From Promethearchaeota archaeon (GTDB lineage Archaea; Asgardarchaeota; Lokiarchaeia; Sigyniarchaeales; SOKP01): a DNA stretch of 64,000 bases. The DNA lies in NCBI GenBank assembly GCA_048938025.1, contig JBHLMP010000005.1, forward strand, positions 1 through 64,000, written 5' to 3'. The position numbers and the translations under genes were made by a program. The notes beneath the pieces are model-generated. The model saw only the letters and a list, made by a program, of their open reading frames with translations. It was not told where the DNA came from and did no database searches. Below, piece after piece: positions 38,685 to 47,758 of this stretch (positions are counted from its first letter, which is position 1; each line of letters begins with the position of its first letter).

Positions 38685-40553
38685 ATGGAATTTGGTTATA
38701 CAGGGAATATCCTTAGAGTCAATTTATCTAAAGGAGATATATTTATTGAACATCCTGATGAAATTTTTTACCGCCGATATATCGGAGGTGAAGGTTTCGT
38801 AGCATACTATCTTTTAAAAGAAGTCCTGACAGGAATTGATCCATTAAGTTCTGAAAATAAATTGATTTTTGCTACAGGTCCATTAACTGGATTTGCAATT
38901 CCGGGAACAGGTAGAAATAGTGTAGGTGCAAAGTCTCCTTTAACAGGAGGATTTGGTGAAGCGGAAGTTGGTGGTCATTGGGGAGCCGAGTTAAAGCACG
39001 CAGGATTTGATGCAATAATAGTAGAGGGAAAAGCAAAAAAGCCTGTCTATTTATGGATTAAAGATGGAGAAATAGAAATAAAGGATGCAACTCATCTCTG
39101 GGGTAAAATTACTGGTGAAGCCGAGGTAATTATTAAAGAAGAATTAGGTGATAAATTTATCCGCGTCGCTCAAATTGGCCCTGGAGGAGAACGTTTAGTT
39201 CGTTATGCATGTGTTATTAATGATTTAAGAAATGCTGCAGGGCGTGGTGGAATGGGTGCTGTAATGGGATCTAAAAATCTAAAAGCTGTGGCTGTTAGAG
39301 GTCATAAAAGACTTGAAGTCAATAATAAAGAGAAATTGAGAGGACTAATAAAAGAGTACCATGATGTAGCGTACAAACCATATGCAAGTTATTTTGAGCA
39401 TGGTACAGGAGGGGGAATAATGGAGATGTTTGCGGAATCCGGAAACCTTCCAACAAGAAATTTTAGGGATGGTGATTTTTTGGGGGCAAAAGCTTTAGAT
39501 CCCAGTGTTATGAAGGAAGTAATTAACCTTAAAATGGATGCTTGCTATGCGTGTTCACTTCGGTGTAAAAAAGTTGTACAAATTGGAGAACCTTGGAATG
39601 TTGATCCAATATATGGAGGTCCTGAATATGAATCTATAGCTGCTTTTGGATCGAATTGTGGAGTAGATGATATAAAAGCTGTTTGTAAAGCAAATGAGCT
39701 CTGTAACAAATATTCATTAGATACAATATCTACTGGCGTTTCGATCGGATTTGGGATGGAATGTTATGAGAATGGAATATTGACCGATAAAGACACTAAT
39801 GGACTATCATTAAATTTTGGAAATAAAGAAGCAATGCTAGAGATGGTAAAAATGATTGCTAACCGAGAAGGTTTAGGAGATATTTTAGCTGATGGTGTCA
39901 AAAGAGCAGCTGAAAAAATACAAAATGGAGCAAAAGACTATGCTATGCATGTTAAAGGACAGGAGATTCCTATGCATGAACCACGTTTGAAGCAAGGAAT
40001 GGGTGTTGGTTATTCTGTTTCACCAACTGGTGCTGAACATATGGCAAATATTCATGATACTTCTTTTACTAGTGAAAGGGCAATGAGTCCTCATAATGCT
40101 ATAGGTTTATTAGAACCTCTTGAAACGAACGATTTGAGTGCGAAAAAAATTCGTATTTTAACTTATTATAGTAATTGGCAAAATGCATCTAATGCTATAT
40201 TAGTATGTTATTTTTTACCATGGGACTATAATGATATACCAGAAATTCTTAAAGCTGTAACTGGTTGGAATATAAATACATGGGAGATTATGAAATTAGG
40301 AGAACGGATTACAACTATGGCTAGAGCATTTAATATTAGGGAGGGTTTTTCTAAAGATGATGACTGGCTTCCTAAACGATTTTTCCAACCTACTACTTCA
40401 GGTGCTTTATCTAAAACTGCAATAAATCCCGATGAATTCAAGAATGCTCGATCTACCTATTACAGAATGATGGGCTGGGATGATAATGGAATTCCAACTA
40501 AAGCAAAACTAGAGGAATTAGATATCGAGTGGGTTTCTAAAATGCATCCATAA
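38685..40553 (+). CDS. aor: aldehyde ferredoxin oxidoreductase (tungsten/molybdopterin AOR family)
   Basis: ILRVNLS, KSPLTG, GRGGMGAVMGSKNLKA, CYACSLRC, GPEYE, DTIS, YY..MGWD. Confidence 0.93.
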   Translation: MEFGYTGNILRVNLSKGDIFIEHPDEIFYRRYIGGEGFVAYYLLKEVLTGIDPLSSENKLIFATGPLTGFAIPGTGRNSVGAKSPLTGGFGEAEVGGHWGAELKHAGFDAIIVEGKAKKPVYLWIKDGEIEIKDATHLWGKITGEAEVIIKEELGDKFIRVAQIGPGGERLVRYACVINDLRNAAGRGGMGAVMGSKNLKAVAVRGHKRLEVNNKEKLRGLIKEYHDVAYKPYASYFEHGTGGGIMEMFAESGNLPTRNFRDGDFLGAKALDPSVMKEVINLKMDACYACSLRCKKVVQIGEPWNVDPIYGGPEYESIAAFGSNCGVDDIKAVCKANELCNKYSLDTISTGVSIGFGMECYENGILTDKDTNGLSLNFGNKEAMLEMVKMIANREGLGDILADGVKRAAEKIQNGAKDYAMHVKGQEIPMHEPRLKQGMGVGYSVSPTGAEHMANIHDTSFTSERAMSPHNAIGLLEPLETNDLSAKKIRILTYYSNWQNASNAILVCYFLPWDYNDIPEILKAVTGWNINTWEIMKLGERITTMARAFNIREGFSKDDDWLPKRFFQPTTSGALSKTAINPDEFKNARSTYYRMMGWDDNGIPTKAKLEELDIEWVSKMHP

Positions 40554-40576
40554 GATGATAAAAATAATAAAAAACT

Positions 40577-41218
40577 TTATAATTCAAATTCTTCGCCAAT
40601 TGCCAAGAATTTCGAATTGATCTTATTTTCTTTTAAAAATTCTGCTAATTTTTTAGCGCTTTCATCTTTTTCTGTTGCGAAATGATAAGGAATTGCTGTA
40701 TTTGGTTTAAGATTCTTTAAAAATCCTAAATAATCATAAAAATTATCTTCAAAACATGCTACAAAACAATAATTAATCTCATGCTTAATTCTGTTCAATT
40801 CTCCGGAATAATCTGCTGAATCTGCTGTGTGCAGTATTTTTTTACCTTCAATTTCTACTAAATAAGCTACACACCCTTCAGCTTTCCAACAATTATTTTC
40901 AAAAACTTCTACAGAGCCATTATTAAGATCAATTTTTGAACCTGGTAAAATTAGGGTGAAATCAAGGTTAAACTCATCATGAATACATTCTGGACCGTAA
41001 ATCTCTAATTCCTTACCTTCTTTTAAAAAATTTATCCTGATTTCATTAATTTTTTCAAGGTTAACGTGATCTGAATGATGATGTGTCAAAAAGATTGATT
41101 CAATTCCTTTATTTGGTTGAGAGATAAATACTGGATCAATAATAATATGATCTTTTTCACTGATAAGCTCCAAACACGCATTTCCTAAAAATCGACACAA
41201 TACCATAGATTTTATCAT
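40577..41218 (-). CDS. metallo-beta-lactamase fold hydrolase
   Basis: LGNAC, IIDP, THHHSDH, IPYHF. Confidence 0.8.
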   Translation of the reverse strand: MIKSMVLCRFLGNACLELISEKDHIIIDPVFISQPNKGIESIFLTHHHSDHVNLEKINEIRINFLKEGKELEIYGPECIHDEFNLDFTLILPGSKIDLNNGSVEVFENNCWKAEGCVAYLVEIEGKKILHTADSADYSGELNRIKHEINYCFVACFEDNFYDYLGFLKNLKPNTAIPYHFATEKDESAKKLAEFLKENKINSKFLAIGEEFEL

Positions 41219-41266
41219 TTTAACTTTTTCTTTAAAATATAAATCATTTAATATTATAAAATAATT

Positions 41267-41611
41267 ATGGAAAAACATTATTGCCGAATCATTGAAGGGT
41301 ATAAAGCAGCTTACCCGGATCCACTAAGATTTACTAAAGGAGAGATTTTAAAAATTGAAATGAAAGAGAGTAAATGGAGTGGTTGGGTATGGTGCATAAA
41401 TGAATTGGGAAAAGGCCGTTGGATACCAGAAAATTATCTCGAAATTTATGAGGATACTTGTAAAGTTTTGAGAGATTATGAAGCTACCGAACTTACGGTA
41501 AAAGAAGGTGATAAATTAGAAATTAAAGAAATAGAAAGTGATTGGATTTGGGCTGTTAATAAGGAAGGGAAACAGGGCTGGGTTCCCTTAAAATGTGTCC
41601 AATTACTTTAA
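41267..41611 (+). CDS. tandem SH3 domain protein
   Basis: Two SH3 units: Y....PDPL.F.KGE....GWVW......G.WIPENYL and DY...EL.VKEGD....WIW....GWVP..V. Confidence 0.85.
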   Translation: MEKHYCRIIEGYKAAYPDPLRFTKGEILKIEMKESKWSGWVWCINELGKGRWIPENYLEIYEDTCKVLRDYEATELTVKEGDKLEIKEIESDWIWAVNKEGKQGWVPLKCVQLL

Positions 41612-41662
41612 AAATAAAGATATAGTAATTTTAAAAAGAAAATAAAAAGAAATTTATAATGT

Positions 41663-42496
41663 TTAACATACTATAGGTGGTTCTGGAGGATTACCTAACA
41701 GTTCCATCATCATCTGTTGGAAATTATCAAAATGCCCTGGTAGTGTTTTTTGGACAAAAAATGCCTCGGCTGCCTTTAGATTAACTTTCCTCCCTAGAGT
41801 AGTTGATATTGATTTTAAGAGTCGTTCAGCATAGTTAGTAAGTTTCTTTAATTCTTCTGGAGACACATTAGAAGGATCAATGTCAGATATAAATAATCGA
41901 GCTAAAAGTTCAAATGTAGCTTCAAATTTAAGTGCTGCTTTAACTTTTATTTCAATGGTCGAAGAAATGTCAACAAAACAGTTTGGTACATGCCCAAGTA
42001 ATCCCATAAACCAGACTTCAGAACAAGCATAAGGAATGATATCATTTTTAATTTGCTCGGAATATAATAATGGAAATGCCGCAAAAGCACCAGCTTCTGC
42101 TGCCATACGTCCTACTATTACATGATCTGGATGAACTTCATAAGAAACCCATGGATCAAAAGTAACAATTCTATCTGCTTTTAGTTTCCTAACATAATAA
42201 ACCAGTCTTTCACGTAATTTGGCACCATCTATAAATCCGGCATCTGGATAACCAAGCATTATAGTATCTTTCACTCCGAGTATCTCATTTGCAGCTCTTA
42301 GTTCCTTTTCTCTCATTTCAGCAACATCTTTCTTAGTTAAATCTGTTCTTAATGTACCCACATCGCCAGTGGTGACACAAAGGGTGTATATATTATGCCC
42401 CTCTTCTGCCCATTTGGCTATTGTTCCTGCACAGAATAAGGTTAAATCATCAGGATGAGCAAAAATGGCAAGAATATTCAATGGTTTTGGTTCTAT
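41663..42496 (-). CDS. PIG-L/LmbE family N-acetyl deacetylase; probable ATA start
   Basis: AHPDD, T.GD.G, RE.E...A, HPDH; ATA at 42496 lies 4 nt after GGTGAT. Confidence 0.88.
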   Translation of the reverse strand: MEPKPLNILAIFAHPDDLTLFCAGTIAKWAEEGHNIYTLCVTTGDVGTLRTDLTKKDVAEMREKELRAANEILGVKDTIMLGYPDAGFIDGAKLRERLVYYVRKLKADRIVTFDPWVSYEVHPDHVIVGRMAAEAGAFAAFPLLYSEQIKNDIIPYACSEVWFMGLLGHVPNCFVDISSTIEIKVKAALKFEATFELLARLFISDIDPSNVSPEELKKLTNYAERLLKSISTTLGRKVNLKAAEAFFVQKTLPGHFDNFQQMMMELLGNPPEPPIVC

Positions 42497-42618
42497 TTAA
42501 ATCACCTTTTTTTAAATTAAATTAAAGATCTATGAATGAAATAAAAATACTTTATAGATTTATAAATAATTATACTTGGGTACTTACAAATTATAGCAAA
42601 ATATACTATAATAAAAGT

Positions 42619-43362
42619 ATGAATAATAGCAATATTAAAGCTCTAATTAGTACATCAGGTTGGATGTATAATCATTGGAAAGGTCCTTTTTATCCAGAAA
42701 AATTTCCTAATAATAAAATGCTCAAATATTATGTAAATCATTTTGAAACTGTTGAAGTTAATAGTACATTCTATAGACTCCCGTCTATAAATACTGTCCA
42801 AAAATGGATGAATGAAACTCCAGAACATTTTATTTTTGCTATAAAAGCTAATCAATTTATTACACATAGAAAGTATCTTAAGGATGGCCAAGAAACTACT
42901 AAAAAATTTTTTGATGTTATTAAAATATTGAACCATAAGCTAGGGCCTATTTTATTCCAGCTCCCACCAAATTGGAGAATTAATATTGAAAGGTTAAAAG
43001 AGTTTATTGAAATTCTTCCAAAACAGTATTTATATACCTTCGAAATTAGGCATACAAGTTGGTATTTTCAAGAGGTCTTTGATTTATTTAAAAAACATAA
43101 CATTGCATTATGTATTCATGATTTTACAGGGGATTTATTACTAGAAAAAATTACTGCTGATTTTGTTTATATAAGATTTCATGGACCAATCAGTTACTAT
43201 TACGGGAAATATTCTCCTGATCATCTTAATCAATGGGCTGAGAAAATTTATGAATGGTTAAAACAAAAGATCAAAGTATTTGCTTACTTTAATAATGATG
43301 CTCATGGATGGGCTGTAGAAAATGCCTTAGAGATAAATAAAATACTAAATAAATATAGCTGA
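42619..43362 (+). CDS. DUF72 family protein
   Basis: TSGWMY.HW.G.FYP, VEVNSTFY, LFQLPP, FEIRH.SW, YIRFHG, YFNND. Confidence 0.9.
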   Translation: MNNSNIKALISTSGWMYNHWKGPFYPEKFPNNKMLKYYVNHFETVEVNSTFYRLPSINTVQKWMNETPEHFIFAIKANQFITHRKYLKDGQETTKKFFDVIKILNHKLGPILFQLPPNWRINIERLKEFIEILPKQYLYTFEIRHTSWYFQEVFDLFKKHNIALCIHDFTGDLLLEKITADFVYIRFHGPISYYYGKYSPDHLNQWAEKIYEWLKQKIKVFAYFNNDAHGWAVENALEINKILNKYS

Positions 43363-43466
43363 AGTTATAAAAGCATGTTATGAAGAATAAGAGTAAATAT
43401 ATTTACATAATTGTTAAAAGCGTAAAAAACCATAACCTTTTATAAAAGAAAAAACGAGAAAAAGTT

Positions 43467-44306
43467 ATGTTAGAAAAATTGAAAGAAACCTCTTTAACTA
43501 AATTATTATTGATAATAATACTTACCTGGATTATTTTAGCAATTATCTTCGGATTTACAGATTTAGAAATTTCTAAAGCAGTTGTAGATAGAGATTTCTT
43601 ATTAGCGAAATTCTTATATTTTTTTGAAGCCCCAGGTTGGGGTTTAGCCTTTGCAACTGGAGCACTATTGATAGGAAGCTATATTGAAGATATAAAAAAG
43701 CAAAAAATTCCAGCAATTGTATTTATTGGGATTGGATTGATCATAATCACAATTTCTATATTTCTTTGGAATTCGTGGTTGCTTAATTTGAGTGCAGGAA
43801 TGGCAATCGCCAATCTAATCCTTCTAATTATATTTCTAAATAAAGATTATAGAGAATATAGAAAAATTGCTACAATATTCGTAGCACTTTCTATTATCAA
43901 CTCATTATTATTTGTACAGGTTACTAAACTATTATGTGGAAGGATTCGTTTTAATAATTTAGCATCTGGTTATAACGATTATACTCCTTGGTTTCTTCCT
44001 CCCGGACCAGGTTTTGGTAATTTTAGTTTTCCAAGCGGTCATACTGCTCAAGCTTGGTTATTCTTACCTTTCTTAATCTTAGTAAAAGATCGAAAGTGGA
44101 AAGATCCTCTTAGAATTATTGTTACAATACTTACAATGACATGGGGCTCGTTAGTGGGGGTTAGTACCATTATAATTGGTGCTCATTTTGCATCAGATGT
44201 CCTATTTTCAACGGGAGTAGCAGCAGTTTTGACGATTTTACTCTATAGTAAATTTTATATTGCAAAAGGAAAAATATCTCAAATTATAAATGAAAAATCC
44301 AAATAG
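43467..44306 (+). CDS. PAP2 family membrane phosphatase
   Basis: K...GR.R, SFPSGH, GAHFASDV. Confidence 0.88.
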   Translation: MLEKLKETSLTKLLLIIILTWIILAIIFGFTDLEISKAVVDRDFLLAKFLYFFEAPGWGLAFATGALLIGSYIEDIKKQKIPAIVFIGIGLIIITISIFLWNSWLLNLSAGMAIANLILLIIFLNKDYREYRKIATIFVALSIINSLLFVQVTKLLCGRIRFNNLASGYNDYTPWFLPPGPGFGNFSFPSGHTAQAWLFLPFLILVKDRKWKDPLRIIVTILTMTWGSLVGVSTIIIGAHFASDVLFSTGVAAVLTILLYSKFYIAKGKISQIINEKSK

Positions 44307-44314
44307 ATATATAA

Positions 44315-45421
44315 TTAAAGTTTTACCATCGTCCCACATTGGGGACAAGTATTTACTTTCTCTGTTAATTTCATCCCACAAAATCTACAGGTATAAGAAA
44401 ATTCTTTAGGTACTTCTTCTTCCTCTTTTATATGAGAAACCTCAATTATTGGCTTTTTTTCCTCTTTTTTTGAAATTGGTGGAGTAGGTTGCATTTCTAC
44501 AGTTTTTTTTTGAGGAACTTCTGTTATCACATTCTCTACTTTTGAGATTGGCGAAGTTGGTTGTACATCGTCAGTTTTTATCTGTGGGACTTCCATTATT
44601 GGCTTCTTTTCCTCTTTTTCTAAAAGTGGTGGAGTGGGTTGTATTTCTTCAAATTTTACACCACAATTATTACAAAATTTTGACTCTAAGGGTATTTTCT
44701 GTCCACAGTGAGGACAAGTTTTCATTGGTTTCTCTTCTATTTTCTCTGGGATTGATGGAATCGGTTCTAGCTCTTCTGCTTTTTTTTGATAAACATCAGC
44801 TACAAAATAATGAAGTTCTTCATTACGTAAAGTTGAATCTATTTTTCCATTGGTTATCAAATTATTTAAAATCATTCGAAGATTTTCTCTGATATATTTT
44901 CTTTCATTATGTGTTATTACAGAATTTTCTAATCTTACACCCAAAGCAGAAACTGTGAGCGCAGATCCTTTATTTTCTTTTAAATAATTATATACAATAT
45001 TTTCGATGTTTTTCATAGAGATTTCAGATTTTTGTTCTTGGCTTATAGGTGGTTTTGCACTTACAGCAGCAATAAATGTTACTATAGCACTCAAGACCCA
45101 AATTATTGTTTCCATACTATAATATAATCCCCCATAAGAATTAAAAAAAAAGAGAAATGATACAATAAGAATCACACCATTTATAAAATATAACATACGT
45201 GCGTTCCAAGGTAAATCTCTTCCTGTATCAAAAATGTTTTTACTAGTATATGCATAATCTGTAGAATCCCAATAAATCGCAATAAATTGTATGATAATAC
45301 AGACTATATATAATGTAATTACTGTGTTGATAATTGGGATATAATACAACAAATATTGTAAAAAAATTAAAATAAATAGTAGAAGAATGCCATAAAAAGC
45401 AAATTTAATTGATTCCTTAAT
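44315..45421 (-). CDS. membrane protein with zinc ribbons and Pro-rich repeats; probable ATT/ATA start
   Basis: N-terminal TMs; CPHC..CNNC and CRFC..CPQC; QPTPP repeats; frame extends 23 codons upstream of TTG 45352, completing a TM helix. Confidence 0.7.
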   Translation of the reverse strand: MKESIKFAFYGILLLFILIFLQYLLYYIPIINTVITLYIVCIIIQFIAIYWDSTDYAYTSKNIFDTGRDLPWNARMLYFINGVILIVSFLFFFNSYGGLYYSMETIIWVLSAIVTFIAAVSAKPPISQEQKSEISMKNIENIVYNYLKENKGSALTVSALGVRLENSVITHNERKYIRENLRMILNNLITNGKIDSTLRNEELHYFVADVYQKKAEELEPIPSIPEKIEEKPMKTCPHCGQKIPLESKFCNNCGVKFEEIQPTPPLLEKEEKKPIMEVPQIKTDDVQPTSPISKVENVITEVPQKKTVEMQPTPPISKKEEKKPIIEVSHIKEEEEVPKEFSYTCRFCGMKLTEKVNTCPQCGTMVKL

Positions 45422-45586
45422 TATAAGTCAACTTTTATTATTTTGATTGTAGTCTATTTATATAATTACATTTTATATATCGAACGTTTTAGTATATAAA
45501 TTTTTATTAGGAGTAGTAAGTCATTGAGAAAAATATGTAAAAAAAAAATGACTTTTATTTAAATCAATAGATCGTGATTGATTACT

Positions 45587-46051
45587 TTATTTGTCTGTAA
45601 TTATATCGAATTCTATTAGATTTTCTAGTATTTTTTCTAAATAATTCTCGAAATCATCTATTTCTTCGTCGCTAAATTTGTTGTAGAATAATTTTCCCAT
45701 TTCACGAGAAACATCTACATATTTATCTTGTAATAATCTATTCTTTTCTGTTAAAGCAATTAGAATTTCTCGCCTATCTTTTTTTGATGGAACTCGTTTA
45801 ATAAATCCTGCCATTTCAAGATTATCCAGCATCGATGTTAAGGTAGATTTACTATATTGCGTTTTCTCTACAAGTTCATGAATAGGTATATTATCCTTCT
45901 GCCAAAGAACAAACATAATTCTACCTTGAGCAGGATTAAATTCATCAAGTTTATGATCCTTTAGAATCCTAGCAAATATTCTCTGAGATAATTGATGAAT
46001 TTTAGATATCAGAAAGCCGCCTTGTCGTTGTTGTTTCATTGTTTCCTTCAT
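45587..46051 (-). CDS. MarR family transcriptional regulator
   Basis: NPAQGRIMFVLW, KSTLTSMLD.LE..G.I.R....DRR. Confidence 0.92.
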   Translation of the reverse strand: MKETMKQQRQGGFLISKIHQLSQRIFARILKDHKLDEFNPAQGRIMFVLWQKDNIPIHELVEKTQYSKSTLTSMLDNLEMAGFIKRVPSKKDRREILIALTEKNRLLQDKYVDVSREMGKLFYNKFSDEEIDDFENYLEKILENLIEFDIITDK

Positions 46052-46509
46052 AATTCAAAATTAACTAGATTTAATTTGTAATAAAATCTGGCATGTTTTG
46101 GATTTAATATGAGTAATGTGTAATCTGGATCATCCACTCCCTCTTTATAATATCTTGTCCACCAATCAAGCCATATGGTTCTTTTAAGTTCTTTATCATT
46201 AACGATTTCCACTAATCCTCTGAACATAACCCCTTTAAAATCTTCTGGATCACAATAATAAACGTTAATTTTGGGGTTATTTTTTATATGAGCAACCTTG
46301 GACGACGATGTATTAGTTCCAATATAGATTGCAAATTTGTTTTCTTGCTCTTGAAAAAAAGTAGAAAATTCTGGAAATTGTTCCTTATTTCTAAGATTAA
46401 ACATTGCCCTTGTTATAGGAAAACCATCAGAATCGATTGTTGTAAGATATGCCGCTTTAGATGTTTCCATCAACTCTAAACTCTGTTTTTTTACTTCTTC
46501 AATATCCAT
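46048..46509 (-). CDS. pyridoxamine 5'-phosphate oxidase-like (split-barrel FMN-binding) protein
   Basis: LTTID.DGFP.TRAM, TNTSS.KV.HI..NPK, GVDDPDY. Confidence 0.85.
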   Translation of the reverse strand: MDIEEVKKQSLELMETSKAAYLTTIDSDGFPITRAMFNLRNKEQFPEFSTFFQEQENKFAIYIGTNTSSSKVAHIKNNPKINVYYCDPEDFKGVMFRGLVEIVNDKELKRTIWLDWWTRYYKEGVDDPDYTLLILNPKHARFYYKLNLVNFEL

Positions 46510-46536
46510 TTAAATTGCCTCCCAATTAAATAATTT

Positions 46537-46875
46537 TCATAGATTTTTTCGAATTTCTTCTAGATTTTGCTTGGCTGAAGGGCTTTTTTCAAAACACTTT
46601 TTTAAATTATCGCAGACGTACTCCTCGCAATAAGCACAATTTTCATAACCTTTCTCCCTACAGCAATTTCTTATATCGCATTCATTACACCAACTAAAAA
46701 TTCTTCCTTCACTATTACAACCGTCACAATAGATATCCTCTGGTTTAAAAGACATCGTCTCACCAGACCATTCTTTAGCAATTCTTTTTATTTCTTCTTT
46801 ATCTCCTTTTTGAGTAGCTATGTATGCGGGACATTCAGCACAATTAAGTCCGCAATATACTATTATTTTATCCAT
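46537..46875 (-). CDS. DUF3795 Cys-rich protein
   Basis: CGLNCAECP, CDGC, C..C.IR.CC, CAYC...C. Confidence 0.85.
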   Translation of the reverse strand: MDKIIVYCGLNCAECPAYIATQKGDKEEIKRIAKEWSGETMSFKPEDIYCDGCNSEGRIFSWCNECDIRNCCREKGYENCAYCEEYVCDNLKKCFEKSPSAKQNLEEIRKNL

Positions 46876-46907
46876 AATTCTATTCCTCTTTTTTTTTCTA
46901 TTTTTTA

Positions 46908-47474
46908 TTATTTTGTTTTATAACTATTTCCTATATCATAGGCATTTGCGAGATATTCTCCAACTCTCAAATACGGACCATCAGGCATTAAGAATATAAA
47001 TAAATCCATTTTTTTAAAATCTGGTTTATTTTCAGTTAGATATTTCTCTTCTGTGTAAACTTCAACAATTTCCCCTATAAATAATTCTGTTCTTTCAAGT
47101 TCTATTGTTCTAACCAATTTACACTCTATATTCAAAGGACAATCTTTTATCATCGGTGCCCTTTTAAGATCTCCATAAAATACTTCAAATACTTCGGATT
47201 TATCAACTTCAGAACCTGAATGTAAACCAACATAGTCGGTTACCATAACCATATCAGCAGAAGGTATATTAATGCTAAAAGCTTCATTTTCCTTAATACC
47301 CTTATTAGTATAATGTCTTTTTGACATTGCAACGCCAATCTGAGAAGGTGGAGAATTCAAAAGGTTAAACCAAACTATCGTGTTAAAATTTGGTTTACCA
47401 TCAACATGAGCCCCTATTATACATACTGGCAGTGGTAAAAGGGGCAATTCCATTCCTGTTTTTATCTTATTGAT
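46908..47474 (-). CDS. flavin reductase family protein; possible ATC start
   Basis: HYTNKGI, FSINIP, G..SG..DK, APMI..CP..IEC, FIGEIV; ATG at 47453 is the canonical alternative. Confidence 0.85.
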   Translation of the reverse strand: MNKIKTGMELPLLPLPVCIIGAHVDGKPNFNTIVWFNLLNSPPSQIGVAMSKRHYTNKGIKENEAFSINIPSADMVMVTDYVGLHSGSEVDKSEVFEVFYGDLKRAPMIKDCPLNIECKLVRTIELERTELFIGEIVEVYTEEKYLTENKPDFKKMDLFIFLMPDGPYLRVGEYLANAYDIGNSYKTK

Positions 47475-47632
47475 TTTTCACACCTTAATCTATTATTAAC
47501 ATTGACTCTTGTCTTTTCAAACAGTTCAGAAACCCTTTTTCTCCTTATTTCAGTATCATTATCTTTCTGAGTTCTTCCATTATTGAGAAACTCAAAATAA
47601 ATATTTTCACAAGAATATCTAGTCTTATCCAT
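47462..47632 (-). CDS. unlisted 56-aa ORF leading the MarR operon (MDKTRYSCENIYFEF...CEKSIR)
   Basis: ATG at 47632, TAA at 47462-47464; sits between the operator palindromes and the flavin reductase; no recognised domain. Confidence 0.35.
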   Translation of the reverse strand: MDKTRYSCENIYFEFLNNGRTQKDNDTEIRRKRVSELFEKTRVNVNNRLRCEKSIR

Positions 47633-47654
47633 TTTTTTGATCTATTTTAATAAT

Positions 47655-47683
47655 GTTCTATATCGAACTGTTCTATATAGAAC
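47655..47683. promoter_or_regulatory. tandem 14-bp palindromes GTTCTATATCGAAC / GTTCTATATAGAAC, putative MarR operator
   Basis: Two copies 1 nt apart, the second perfect; downstream of a TATA-like element (~47700-47710) on the minus strand. Confidence 0.65.
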
Positions 47684-47758
47684 TATATTATACTTTCATA
47701 TTTAAATATATCGATCTAAAAGGGAAAAACTCTTATATTCTACTTTGCTTTTTAGCAT

